From: Amoebidium appalachense
Lineage: Eukaryota > Protista > Ichthyosporea
DNA: 64,000 nt
Assembly: GCA_963693365.1 (NCBI GenBank)
Contig: CAVNZM010000007.1
Coordinates: forward strand, 3,529,462 to 3,593,461
Direction of reading: 5' to 3'
In this document: positions 50,943 through 62,862 of the stretch, one piece after another
How positions within the stretch are numbered: the first letter of the stretch is position 1
How the letters are laid out: every line of letters begins with the position of its first letter
Position numbers and translations under genes: made by a program
Notes under the pieces: model-generated
Database searches by the model: none
What the model was told of the DNA's origin: nothing
What the model saw: only the letters and a program-made list of their open reading frames with translations

Positions 50943-53900
50943 TCAGTCACGGAGACTGAGGTTGGCACGGTGTGTGTCGTGGGCCGTACCAGCCAGAGGC
51001 TTGGTGAAGATGTCGGCCAGGTTCTTCTTGGTGTCGATGTAGGTGACAGTGACGTCCCCACTGTTGATGTAGTCCTTTGTGTTGAAGTAACGAACGGCAA
51101 TGTGCTTGGTCCGGTGCTTGATGGTGTTGGAGTGGACCAGAGCAATGGTGGACTGATTGTCACAGTACACGGGGGTGGGCTCGGTCATGGGGTAGCCCAG
51201 CTCCTTTAGTAGATCACGGTGCCAGACAACATCTTGCACGGCAGCATTGAGGGCCAGGAGCTCGGCCTCACACGTGGAGGTTGCAGTGATCGTCTGCAGC
51301 TTGGAGTGGTAGGTGACGGGGGAGCCTTCGAGGAGGATGACGTACCCAGACGTGGAACGACGGGTGGTGGGGCAACCAGCAAAGTCAGAATCCGAGTAGC
51401 ACTCAAGGATGGGCACCTTGCTGTTGGGGGCCTTCTTCTTGTAGTAGAGGCCGAGGTTGATGGTGCCGAGCAGGTAACGAACGACACGGAGGAGAAGCTC
51501 CCAGGCAGTCTTGGTGGGCTTGGAGCTGAATCGGCCGAGGTAGCCAATGGCATACGAGATGTCAGGCCGGGAGCACCGAGCAACCCACAGCAGACGGCCG
51601 AGGAGTTCACGGTAGGGGACGGTGGTGGGCAGGGATGAGTGGGAGGTCTCGTTGATGATGGTGCCCACGGGAATAGGGGTGGCCTTAGGCTTGGCATCGA
51701 CCAGGTTGAAGTCGGTGATGATGTCCTTGATGTAGGAGGACTGCAGCAGCTTGAGGGAGTCACGGGTGTACAGCAGTTGGGTGCCGAGGAAGATGTCTGG
51801 CAGACCGACCTTGCACTCGGCAGACTTCGTGATGTGACGAACAAGCCCCTGCATGATGGTGGAGTTCCGTGTGCAGGTGATGATGGCATCATCAACGTAG
51901 TTGCCCGAACGGATGATGTGCCCGTTGGGGAACTGACGGAAGTAGACACACGGATCGGATCGGAGACGGGTGAGGCCGTGGGCAATGAGAATGGAGTTGA
52001 AGAACTCGTACCATGCCAGGGATGCCTGCTTGAGTCCGTAGATGGCCTTCTTGAGTTTCCAGACTTTGTGTTCATTGCCAGGGAGGATAAACCCAGGAGG
52101 TTGCTCCATGTACAAAGTCTCGTCGAGGGGGCTGTTGAGGAAGGCCGTGCTGATGTCGAGTTGATGGATCTCGTGGTCCTGTTGCACACCGAGGGCAAGC
52201 AGGGCACGGACGGAGGAGGACATGACGACGGGGGAAGAGTTTTCACCGTAGTCAACACCGTAGACTTGGGTGAAACCCTTGGCCACACCACGACCCTTGA
52301 TCTTGGTGTCACCAGCAGAGTTGAGGACCTTCTCCGTGACAATCCACTTGAATCGGATGATGTTGGCATCGGAGGGGGGCTCAACTACGTCGAAGATGTC
52401 CTTGTCGATGAAAGCCTTGTACTCGGCAGTGAGGGCAGTCACCACTTCATCACCCTTGGTGCCAGAGCACAGCTTCTGAATTGACCGGGGCAGCTGAGAC
52501 ACATCAAGGCTGGGTCGGGAGATGCTCACCATAGCCATAGCAGGCCGGGAGGAGAGACGGGAGGAACGTCGGGGAACGGTACGGAGGGGCTCAGGGGCCG
52601 GGGGGTTGTCTGTGACAGACACTCGGTGGTCGGGGATGGGGGCCTGGAAGCCAGGGATGGGTGCCGTGTTGAGGGGGGAGTCGGATAACACGGGGCTGGA
52701 CGGGGCCGAGTGGAACTCCGGAGACCCAGGACGAACTGGGGTGAGATGACCAGGTACGTGGTCATTGACGGCAGGGGCCGGCAGCAGGGGTTGCTGACCG
52801 GTGGGGGGGGGGGTGGGTGGAGCCACGGGGGCAGGTACACGACGGGGGGAACGACGGATAATCACCGACGGAATTTCATCGTCATCGGAATTGGAATTTC
52901 CGGAATGCCGGGATGAATCGATTGAGGTCGTCTGATTGGTGGCCTGCACAGAAATCTGATTGGATGCCGTGGTGAATTGTGATTCGTCGAAGACGACATC
53001 GCGGTAGAGGTTGACCGTGTTGCCACGTAGATTCATGATCTTGTGGGCTTTGTTGGTGATATCCCAGCCCACGTAGGTGCCGAGTTTGACGGTAGAGGCC
53101 AACTTGTCTCGTTTGGATGCAGGGACGTGTACATAGGCTGGGCAGCCGAACACGTGCAGGTGGGAGATGTCAGGCTTGACACCGTAGAAAATTTCAAACG
53201 GTGTACGGCCATTGGCAGCTCTGGCCGGGGTCACGTTGATGATGTAGGCAGCATGCTTGAGAGCAGCTCCCCACAGTTTGGGGGAAAGGGAGTCGGCCTT
53301 GTCCTGATGAAGGAAGCACCGAACGATCTCCTGCAGATCCCTCATCTTACGTTCAACGAAGCCGTTGAGTTGGGGGCAGTCAACCGGGGCAAATTCTTGA
53401 ATGATGCCCTTGGACTGGCAGTACTGCTCCATAGCGTGGGAGGTGAACTCGGACCCAGAGTCTGAACGGAAGTGGGTCACCACCTTGTCGGGTTGCTTGT
53501 CAGTAGTCTCAACCAGGGCCTTGACGTATTCGAGAGTTTCGGATCGATCACGGAGGAGGTACACGATGGTGTAGCCGGAGGCATCACAGGTACACACGAG
53601 GGCCACCTTGTAGCCACCATAGGAGGCACAGGGAGGCTCGAAGAAGTCCATGTGCCACTTGGCACCGGGGAAGGGGCACTGGGTTCTGGTGCCGGAGAAT
53701 GGGGCCTTGGTGGTCTTGCCGGAGACACAACCGAAGCAGTCAGTGGTGTCAGCCACTGAGAGGGATGAGGGGAGGCCTGTCACGAGGTCACCTCTCACCA
53801 TCTTGGTGAGGGTGGACAGGGCACGATGGCCGAGACGGTGGTGCCAGAGCTGAGGATCATTGTTGACCTTGACGTTGGCTACCAGAGCAGTGACGGTCCG

Positions 53901-54380
53901 AGGGATGGAGGGACGTATCTCATAGTCAGTGATGAAGTACAGTCCATCTGTGCCTGTGAGGGAACACACGATGTTGCCACCACGAGTGTAGAGGTATGAT
54001 GGGAATGCATCCTCATCATCGAGGTGGGCAAGGAGACCCGACTTGGAAGCCATTGAGGGTGATATCAGGAAGGCTGGGGAGTCGGGTACATAGAGGGTGT
54101 TGAGGCTCAGTACTGATGTTACTCCGTTGTAGGTGACGGCCAGGTTGATGACACCACGGTGATGTGCAGTGACGATGCCGAGGCCGTGGACGTCAGTCGG
54201 GGGGCATGGCTCAAGAGTAGAGAAGTACTCTTTTACTGGGCACACGTGGACGTTTGAAGCCGAGTCCCAGCAGGGGTCCATGGGTAGGGAGGCCGTGGTG
54301 GACACGAGGGCAAAATGCACCTCTTTTCCAGACTTGGTGTTGGGACGGTGACGACGGGCAATTGAGCAGCCAGGTTTCAC
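50943..54380 (-). CDS. pol: Copia-2 pol (PR-IN-RT-RH)
   Basis: WDSAS, WHHRLGH..CFGC, SDSGSEF, VERK, YVDD, YSDSD, ADIFTKPL; joined to gag by a frameshift near 54380. Confidence 0.95.
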   Translation of the reverse strand: MKPGCSIARRHRPNTKSGKEVHFALVSTTASLPMDPCWDSASNVHVCPVKEYFSTLEPCPPTDVHGLGIVTAHHRGVINLAVTYNGVTSVLSLNTLYVPDSPAFLISPSMASKSGLLAHLDDEDAFPSYLYTRGGNIVCSLTGTDGLYFITDYEIRPSIPRTVTALVANVKVNNDPQLWHHRLGHRALSTLTKMVRGDLVTGLPSSLSVADTTDCFGCVSGKTTKAPFSGTRTQCPFPGAKWHMDFFEPPCASYGGYKVALVCTCDASGYTIVYLLRDRSETLEYVKALVETTDKQPDKVVTHFRSDSGSEFTSHAMEQYCQSKGIIQEFAPVDCPQLNGFVERKMRDLQEIVRCFLHQDKADSLSPKLWGAALKHAAYIINVTPARAANGRTPFEIFYGVKPDISHLHVFGCPAYVHVPASKRDKLASTVKLGTYVGWDITNKAHKIMNLRGNTVNLYRDVVFDESQFTTASNQISVQATNQTTSIDSSRHSGNSNSDDDEIPSVIIRRSPRRVPAPVAPPTPPPTGQQPLLPAPAVNDHVPGHLTPVRPGSPEFHSAPSSPVLSDSPLNTAPIPGFQAPIPDHRVSVTDNPPAPEPLRTVPRRSSRLSSRPAMAMVSISRPSLDVSQLPRSIQKLCSGTKGDEVVTALTAEYKAFIDKDIFDVVEPPSDANIIRFKWIVTEKVLNSAGDTKIKGRGVAKGFTQVYGVDYGENSSPVVMSSSVRALLALGVQQDHEIHQLDISTAFLNSPLDETLYMEQPPGFILPGNEHKVWKLKKAIYGLKQASLAWYEFFNSILIAHGLTRLRSDPCVYFRQFPNGHIIRSGNYVDDAIITCTRNSTIMQGLVRHITKSAECKVGLPDIFLGTQLLYTRDSLKLLQSSYIKDIITDFNLVDAKPKATPIPVGTIINETSHSSLPTTVPYRELLGRLLWVARCSRPDISYAIGYLGRFSSKPTKTAWELLLRVVRYLLGTINLGLYYKKKAPNSKVPILECYSDSDFAGCPTTRRSTSGYVILLEGSPVTYHSKLQTITATSTCEAELLALNAAVQDVVWHRDLLKELGYPMTEPTPVYCDNQSTIALVHSNTIKHRTKHIAVRYFNTKDYINSGDVTVTYIDTKKNLADIFTKPLAGTAHDTHRANLSLRD

Positions 54381-55362
54381 ACTGTGTGACATGATGGTCT
54401 TCGTGACAGTAGGCACAGTCGAGGGAGCCAGTGGTCTTGGCTCGGGGTGGCTGGGAATGACGGTTACCCCCTTTACGTGGGGGGTAGGGTGACCGGGAAC
54501 GATAGCCGGGGGAACGGGACCGTGAGTAATCACGGTCAACTGAGGGGGATCGATCGGTGGGACGACCGGGGGGGTGACGGGAGACGGAGCTGTCACGTCG
54601 GGGGATCCGGTGTCTGAGGTCGTCCTTGGTGAGTACACGGCTTTGCAGGGCACATGCTGTTCTGACGGTGGAGGAGGACCCGGACCCAGAGTCGATGAGA
54701 CCTTCACGGATCTCTGCAGCTCTGATGTCACTGATTAGACGGTTGTAGGTCTCGTAGTTAATGGTACGACGGAAGTAGTCGGCAATCATGGCCTGGATGT
54801 CGGTACAAACTAACTTACGGTTCTTCTTGAGGTGGATGAAGAAGTTATCAACCATAGTCTTGTGAGGAATGGGCTCTTCGAGGATGTGCAGGGTAGTGCA
54901 CAGACGGCGTGCCATGGTGAGGTAGGCCGTGACGGTCTTGAAGTCTTTGAGTTCAAGCTCATGGTAGTCGAGGAGGATTTGACGAGCACGATCTTCACGT
55001 TCAGCCGCATAGGTCATACGGAGGTTGTGGAAAGCTTGGGCAGGTGACACATCATCGTGGATTTGACCAGAGTTATACAGCTCATCATTGGAGACGAGTT
55101 GAGTAAACATCTGTTCAAGGAGGTTGGAAGCCTCGGTGTAGGCCTCCTCAGTGTCGTAGCCGTGCCACTCATTCTCGTCGGAAGGGTCGACCCACTCGGG
55201 GGCCTTGATGACGGGCACTAACTTGGCCGCGGTGGTGGTACGTAGGTACCGGAAGATGACGGGTTCCCACTCATAATAGGTGAGACGTTTGCCGGACTTC
55301 TTGTCCGTGGTGTCATCCCCTTTCCAGGGGGTGAGGTTGAGATACGCAGGTTTCTCCGACAT
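54380..55362 (-). CDS. gag: Copia-2 gag
   Basis: Homologous to the Copia-1 N-terminus; CAYCHEDHHVTQC knuckle. Confidence 0.9.
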
Positions 55363-55481
55363 GGTGATCAATCAGTCAGATGATGCGTGAGAGAGGAATC
55401 AGATCGGTATTCAAATTTGAATATTTTTGATTGCAGCGAGAGTATGTGTTTGCGAGAGCGTGCGAAAATGGGCCTTTAACC

Positions 55482-56247
55482 TGTTGTTGGGACAGGTATA
55501 AGGTTGCGAGAGTGCACAGAGGTGTCATGTAAAAACACGACTAACACATTAATGAGAGGGCAATCGGAGTTGTTCACGAGACATTGAAAGATTTCAAACA
55601 ACAACTGAATCTTTATTGTGCTCTCGGTTCCTTTTGTACTTGCGACTTATCACCTTATCACAACTAAAGAGGGAGAACCAATCGGTTCTATCAGAAGATA
55701 GAAAAAAAAATTCCGACAGAGCATTCGCATTCCAACTTCCGATTAAACTAAAGTGTAGAAACTCTTACTTAAATAAATTAAGTAATTATACATCTAGTCA
55801 CTATTAACTCACATATATATTTATGTTCGTCTCTATAAAGAAACTTATTTAAATACATATATTTCCTAACAGTCGACACTCTCAAAGTGAAGACACTTTG
55901 CAATAAACCGAATTCCATATATATCTATTGTCCAATCACAACACACATATATTAACAGACAGGAATGCACAACACAATCTACAGATGTACTCGCTCGCGA
56001 CTATTGGCGAGCCATCCTTTTGAGAACAAACTAGGCCATTTTGAAATAAAGGAAAGACAACGAGTGAGGCTAGCCAATCACGCTACCTCTCAGATAAACA
56101 GAGGAGAGCAAACAGAAATAAAAACACAATAAGTTCTTATCAGGCAAGAGAGCCAGGTGTGCACAGATCTACAGATATCTGTGCCCACAGAAACAAGGGA
56201 GAGAGAGATACGGGGGGGGGGGGGGGGGGGGGGGGGGGGGAGAGAGG

Positions 56248-56311
<64 letters not shown>

Positions 56312-56403
56312 ACAAAGAGGGAAAGCAGACACGAATACAAACAAGCTAGGACACATACATACTTCAAGGCTCTTGCTGTCATACATGGTGACGTATTCCA
56401 ACA
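55482..56403 (-). repeat. Copia-2 5' LTR
   Basis: Adjacent to PBS GGTTAAAGGCCCA (55469-55481). Confidence 0.93.
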
Positions 56404-57157
56404 ATACCCGACTTCGTCCGGCCTCCATTGCTGCCACTACCACACGTGTATTCGCCTCTATTCTTAAGTGAAACCTTTGGAGCAAGCATACTGCTCTCGT
56501 GCCGTGGTTTACAACCATTGCAGGTTCACTTTCGTCCAAGGGGATGTCCCCCTAGAGGCAACACACGTCCCGGAGTAGTTTTCATAGAGATTTTATTTGT
56601 GGAAATTATTGACATAAATATTTTTCTGGGTAAACACGTAGGATGGGTGTTCGATACCAACATAACCATGTAGGCTTCATTTCGTGTTTTAGCAGTTAGC
56701 GGTTGGCTGCCCGCATACGGGCACCTATTAGCCAGTCAAAACATCAGATACCACAGATCACTAGACCGAGTTATGATTGGCTCGGATCAGATTTCACATA
56801 TCACTAGATCGATTTTTGATTGGCTCAGATCGGTAGGCTTAGGTATATAAGCACGACAGTTTTTAGCAGATCAGCAAGCTACAAACACATCTTCTGTGTT
56901 TAGCATCCACAGCCTTACAGCTATATATTCCTTTTCACCCACCCACCTACACCCACACACAACCCCCATTGATCCACACATACGTGCTGTTTTTTCACGG
57001 GGCGAAGACTTCCCCCCTTTTTTGGGCACATGGACCTCACGGATCAATAAATTGATGACTGGGGGCTTGCCGTGGTTTACAACCATTGCAGGTTCACTTT
57101 CGTCCAAGGGGATGTCCCCCTTAGAGGCAACACACGTCCCGGAGTAGTTTTCATAGA
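56404..57157 (+). mobile_element. Inner Ngaro element, 3' end (YR C-terminus, B1-A2-B2)
   Basis: B1 56500-56588, A2 from 56589, B2 57068-57157. Confidence 0.93.
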
Positions 57158-57597
57158 AATAAATTAAGTAATTATACATCTAGTCACTATTAACTCACAT
57201 ATATATTTATGTTCGTCTCTATAAAGAAACTTATTTAAATACATATATTTCCTAATAGTCGACACTCTCAAAGTGAAGACACTTTGCAATAAACCGAATT
57301 CCATATATATCTATTGTCCAATCACAACACACATATATTAATAGACTGGAATGCACAACACAATCTACAGATGTACTCGCTCGCGACTATTGGCGAGCCA
57401 TCCTTTTGAGAACAAAACTAAGCCATTTTGAAATAAAGGAAAGACAACGAGTGAGGCTAGCCAATCACGCTACCTCTCAGATAAACAGAGGAGAGCAAAC
57501 AGAAATAAAAACACAATAAGTTCTTATCAGGCAAGAGAGCCAGGTGTGCACAGATCTACAGATATCTGTGCTCACAGAAACAAGGGAGTGAGAGATA

Positions 57598-57677
<80 letters not shown>

Positions 57678-57772
57678 ACAAAGAAGGAAAGCAGACACGA
57701 ATACAAACAAGCTAAGACACCTACATACTTCAAGGCTCTTGCTGTCATACATCATGGTGACGTATTCCAACA
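57158..57772 (-). repeat. Copia-2 solo LTR, U3-side piece
   Basis: Resumes exactly where 18658 stops; followed by TSD CCAGT (57773-57777). Confidence 0.92.
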
Positions 57773-59050
57773 CCAGTGCCCCACAAAGGCCTCCTCGGCC
57801 AATCTCCGGCTATGGACGGCCCTCATCGTCGGTTTCTGTGGTCTCCTCCGTTCAGGGGAATTTACATCCAAAACCCTGACTTCTTTCGACCCGTCCCGTC
57901 ACGTTAAACGGAAGGACGTGACCTTCATCTACACCCCCACCGGTACTTTGTCCCATGCCACCCTCCACCTGCCAACCTCTAAGACGGATGTACAGGCCCG
58001 AGGTGTCAACGTCACTCTAGCTGCCCTGCCCCTCACCCACTTCTCCCCAGCCCATCTCCTCCGGCAGTTCCTGGATACAACGTCCGGTCAACCCGACGAC
58101 CCCCTCTTCAGTCTCGGTGGCATCCCCTACACCAAGAGTGCTTTCTCTGCCGACTTCCGTGCCCTCCTCTCCCGGGCAGGCCTCTCACCCTCCCGGTTTG
58201 CCGGACACAGCCTCCGCATCGGGGGGGCCACAGCACTGGCTGAGGCCGGGGTCGACGACTCCCGGATCAAACAACTCGGCAGGTGGTCCTCCGACTGTTT
58301 CCTGATCTATACCCGACTTCGTCCGGCCTCCATTGCTGCCACTACCACACGTGTATTCGCCTCTATCCTTAAGTGAAACCTTTGGAGCAAGCATACTGCT
58401 CTCGTGCCGTGGTTTACAACCATTGCAGGTTCACTTTCGTCCAAGGGGATGTCCCCCTAGAGGCAACACACGTCCCGGAGTAGTTTTCATAGAGGTTTTA
58501 TTTGTGGAAATTATTGATATAAATATTTTTCTGGGTAAACACGTAGGATGGGTGTCCAATATCAACAGGCTTCGTTTCATGTTTTAGCAGTTCGCGTTCG
58601 GCGGCCCGCATACGGGCACCTATTAGCCGATCAAAACATCAGATTCCACAGATCACTAGACCAAGTTTGATTGGCTCAGGATCAGATTTCGCATAACACT
58701 AGATCGGTTTTGATTGGCTCAGTTCGGTAGCCTTAGGTATATAAGCACGACAGTTTTTAGCAGATCAGCAAGCAACAAACACATCTTCTGTGTTTAGCAC
58801 CTACAGCTTTACAGCTATATTTTCTTTTCACCCACCCACCTACACCCTACACTCAACCCCCATTGATCCCCACATACGTGCTGTTTTTTCACGGGGCGAA
58901 GACTTCCCCCGTTTTTTGGGCACAAGGACCTCACGGATCAATAAATTGATGACTGGGGGCCTGCCGTGGTTTACAACCATTGCAGGTTCACTTTCGTCCA
59001 AGGGGATGTCCCCCTAGAGGCAACACACGTCTCGGAGTAGTTTTCATAGA
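57773..59050 (+). mobile_element. Outer Ngaro element, right part (YR 3' half to 58376, B1-A2-B2)
   Basis: QCPTKASS... continues HGQ at 18388; B1 58405-58493, variant A2 58494-58830, B2 58962-59050. Confidence 0.93.
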
Positions 59051-59430
59051 TCGAGAAAAGGTAAAATTCCCGTTATGAGCAGGTGGCGCCATTTTGGTTG
59101 CCTCATACCCAGCAGGTCATACCACACCTGAGCCAGAGATGTCTGCATGCCGCTGGATGTGACGCTGTTCACGTGATTAAACCATGTGCCCAAAGCCAGA
59201 CGGGTCCCAAGGTGTTGGTATGCGGTGCACCATGGTGCCCTGTGGTCCAGGGAAGTGCAGAGGCCACATGCAGCGGGCTTCCGCCTTGTAGCCACGACAT
59301 GAGACCCATAGCTGTCGTTGTTGCACCGCGTGCTCCCAGGCCTGTGTGGAAGAAGTTTAAGAGCAGCAGGTTTGCTGGAGGCTGTGTGTGCATCATGCTT
59401 GCCACTGAAGGGGAGATTGCAAGAGGATAG
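59051..59430 (-). pseudogene. Zinc-knuckle coding segment, probably the C-terminal region of a Mutator-like transposase
   Basis: RRKPAACGLCTSLDHRAPWC (CX2CX4HX4C after a basic patch), downstream of the 60288-61010 ORF. Confidence 0.5.
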
Positions 59431-59480
59431 CATTATATGCTTATTATACAAAGCACATGTGATGTGTGCGCGCACTTATG

Positions 59481-59580
<100 letters not shown>

Positions 59581-59589
59581 GGTGTGTGT

Positions 59590-59629
<40 letters not shown>

Positions 59630-59693
59630 TGTTTATACGTGCGCGTGTGTGTGTGTGTGTGTGTCCGTGTGTGTGTGTGTGTGGTGTTTGTAC

Positions 59694-59732
<39 letters not shown>

Positions 59733-59887
59733 TGTGTGTGTGTGTCAAGTTAATAGCATACACATATAAACACATATAATATAATCATGGGGTGGGGGGT
59801 CCTGGATGTTGCCATCAAGCCAGTAAACCCCTACAAATCAATGACCCCCATCACCACACCCCTTACCCGGCACCACCACCACCACCA

Positions 59888-59985
<98 letters not shown>

Positions 59986-60539
59986 CCCCCCCCCCCCCCC
60001 CCCCCCCCCGCCCCCAAAACACAAACGGACACACAAACACTCACTCACACACAAACAAAAAGCACAAACGGGTACAGGCCGACCCCAAACAGATGCACTT
60101 AGTACTAGACCAGACCAACAGAACGAAGCTAATGGAGCAGCGGTAGTGCTTCAAACATCTCTCTACACGTACTTCCCCCCCCCCCCCCCCCCCCTCCCTC
60201 CCTTCCATCCCCCACTTTGCTGCCTGAAAGCATTGTTACCTCCGTAGGATCCTTCTTTGCAACACCCCCACCGGCCCCAGGGTCATCTCAACCTCTTACC
60301 ACCTGCCCGAAACCCACCCACACCACACTACAAAAAAACTCACACGAAACAGACAAATAATGGGCCGTGGGGAGGGAGGGGGGGGTGGGGGGTGGGGGGG
60401 GGGGGAGTGAAACTGGCTCCACGCAAGAGGGGGAGTAAGCGGAGGGGGGCCGGGGAGAGAGAGGAGGAGGAAGATACCTCAGTAAGGCGGCTGTCAGAGT
60501 GTTACACGAGGCGAGTATGCGTAGAGTGGCTTGGACATA

Positions 60540-61010
60540 TGTAGGCACACTTGCGTAAAAACCATCGACAAGTTGGCCACTCTGACGGAGCTTCGCGCTC
60601 AAGGCGATGGTGGACTCAGTGCCCAACCGGCACATGCCCGTGTGCTCCAGAGCGCACTTTGTAATTTCCCATTTCCCAGTGCTCTCGACATTGACCGACG
60701 TAGGTTTCGCGATAACTGACCACTTACAACGGTGATCCTTCTGTACTGATTTTGATCCATATATGCAACCAAACTGAACCATTTCGCGCCCCTCCTTGGT
60801 TTCTGTGTGTGGTTTTACGGCAAAAACCATGCTCGGATTGGTGGGATGTAGAGCACGAGTTTTCACATGTCGCTCAAAACTGGGTAGGTCGTTGAACTCC
60901 TGATTGAGGTACAAAACACTCTGGTCTATTGGGACAGCGTATGTCTGCGGTGCACGTGTAAGAGGTTCTTCGCCAACCTCAGACTCAGAGTCCCACACGG
61001 TTTGAAGCAC
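60540..61010 (-). CDS. WRKY/GCM1-like (MuDR N-terminal) DNA-binding domain
   Basis: QEFNDLPSFERHV...FGC...CKWSVIA...WEI...HTGMC pattern; no DDE core visible. Confidence 0.6.
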
Positions 61011-61869
61011 GTCTTCCCCTATGTGTAAGGACCCGAGTTAGCACATTTGCACAACTATAAAAAAAAAACGTGCACAACCTGCTGCCTTTTTAGACTGACC
61101 AAAAGTCGCGTTGGGTGCCATATTGTTGCCACTAGTTGGGACGAAACGGTACACTGGTTTCACGAACACCACAAACTCTGCGCGCCACTGCCATGTTGTG
61201 AGAACGACCGTCTGCTGAGTGGCTTACGTTGGCGCCTGAAATAAGGTGTACCAATCATTTGCAAGAGTTTGGACTATGTTCATTGGTTGTAGCTCAGGTG
61301 TAAGTGTAGGCGGCAGGCTAGGTAAGAACCGGTTCGGTTCAGAAGTGAAACTGTTCAGATGACCCGATGATTCTGGGTCGAATCAAAGAAATTCTCAAAG
61401 GTTCGGGTCAAAACTCAAAATGATCATCCTTACGTTGCAAAAAACTACGTAAGCTATCACCTTGCGTTGATTCGTCATAAGTCATGCATAATCAAAAACG
61501 CTGTTTAATGCTTGTGATTGGCTGAGGTGAAGACGTAAGGGCAATGATTGGCCGTGAAGAGAGCACTTTTAACGATTGAGATAAAATGGGTTTAAAATGT
61601 ATATCACGTTTGTAGATAGCCGTGACGCATAGCTTAGTATATAGAAAAGAGACACCTCTTTGTTTTAAACCCTGTTATAACCTCACAATACTACTGGATG
61701 GTGCCATACGCCTAGGTGTTCCACTCGATCACTAGGGACTGAGGGGGCAGTCCACCCTAACCTGATTCTGTGATTCGTCCTGAGTGGGGATGTTGGAAGA
61801 TGGTATCGTTATCCAGTCCGATCGCATGAATCAGATCATGATCGGCTGGTGGCCTGCGAGATCTTAACC

Positions 61870-61942
61870 GATCTCGTAGCTCAGTTGGTAGAGCACTCGA
61901 CCGGAGATAGAGGGGTCGCGGGTTCACATCCCGTCGGGATCA
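61870..61942 (+). ncRNA. tRNA-like 73-nt cloverleaf (pseudo-tRNA or SINE head; GGA at the anticodon position) followed by T5
   Basis: Acceptor GATCTCG/CGGGATC, D-arm GCTC/GAGC, T-arm GCGGG-TTCACAT-CCCGT; C33, C58 and one anticodon-stem mismatch are non-canonical. Confidence 0.7.
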
Positions 61943-62165
61943 TCTTTTTCTCATCCTCTTCTCGCTGGGGTAAAAGCCAGCACTCCTTTACTGGCGTCAT
62001 CACAACCATCGGCAGTGGTTAGGTTGTGATCTCAAGGCTAGCAAGATCGCTAATCTCTGCACCAGGACAAAATCCAAAACTTTAGGGATGACCGGCAGTA
62101 TTGGGACAGCCCAATGTATAACCCTAACCACACCTATGGATGGGTTTACAGCAACCACAACTTTT

Positions 62166-62700
62166 GGTACTCCTAACCCCATACATTGGATGTACACTGT
62201 ATGTCGTGCACACCTCCGGATTACGACATCATGAGATGGTCTTGCTGCACCCCCTCGGCAGACTGTCTTAAGACGTCGTCGGAACCAACTGTCGAATGGA
62301 TGGGTTTACAATATCCATATGAATGTCCTCGACAACCATTAGTTGTCGACAACCATTAGTTGTCGTAAACCCCCCCAGAGTACGACATCGTAACATGCTC
62401 TTGCGACACCCAACGTAAGACTGTCAATAGACGTCTGAAAACCCGCCTGATGGATTGGTTTACAGTATCCATTTGAAGGTCCACGATACACTGTGTATGC
62501 CGTAAACACCTGCAAATTACGACATCGTAAGATGATATTATGGTGGTACTCCTAACCCCATACATCGGATGTACACTGTATGACATTGTCGTGCACACCT
62601 CCGGATTACGACACCTGGTCCATAAGATGGCCTTGCTGCACCCCCTCGGAAGACTGTCTTAAGACGTCGGAAACAACTGTCGAATGGATGGGTTTACAAT
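62166..62700. repeat. Degenerate direct duplication (about 150-bp core, 380-bp spacing)
   Basis: GGTACTCCTAACCCCATACAT...GGATGGGTTTACAAT at about 62166 and 62545. Confidence 0.7.
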
Positions 62701-62862
62701 TATTCACTCTGCCCCCCACGGCGTTGATTAACCCGTCAGATCCACGGGTTAGACCAACACCCTCCCCCCTTGCCTGCACATTCTCACACCCGGGGTGACC
62801 CTCCTTCCTCTTGGGGGTCGGGGGAGTGGGACCGGTGCTGTCCCGGTTCCCCCCCCATCGTG

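Larger units (their letters stand above)
44380..56403 (-). mobile_element. Full-length Copia-2 retrotransposon containing a nested LINE
   Basis: LTRs 44380-45299 and 55482-56403; TSD ATACC (44375-44379, 56404-56408); PPT 45300-45310; PBS 55469-55481. Confidence 0.96.

Noticed and set aside
51206-52484. Long alternative-frame and antisense ORFs inside Copia pol
   Set aside because: Shadow ORFs from strong third-position C bias; no recognisable motifs
57546-58376. Apparent fusion ORF of LTR sequence to the YR C-terminal domain
   Set aside because: Chance in-frame read through (GA)n and a G-tract of the inserted LTR; depends on homopolymer length
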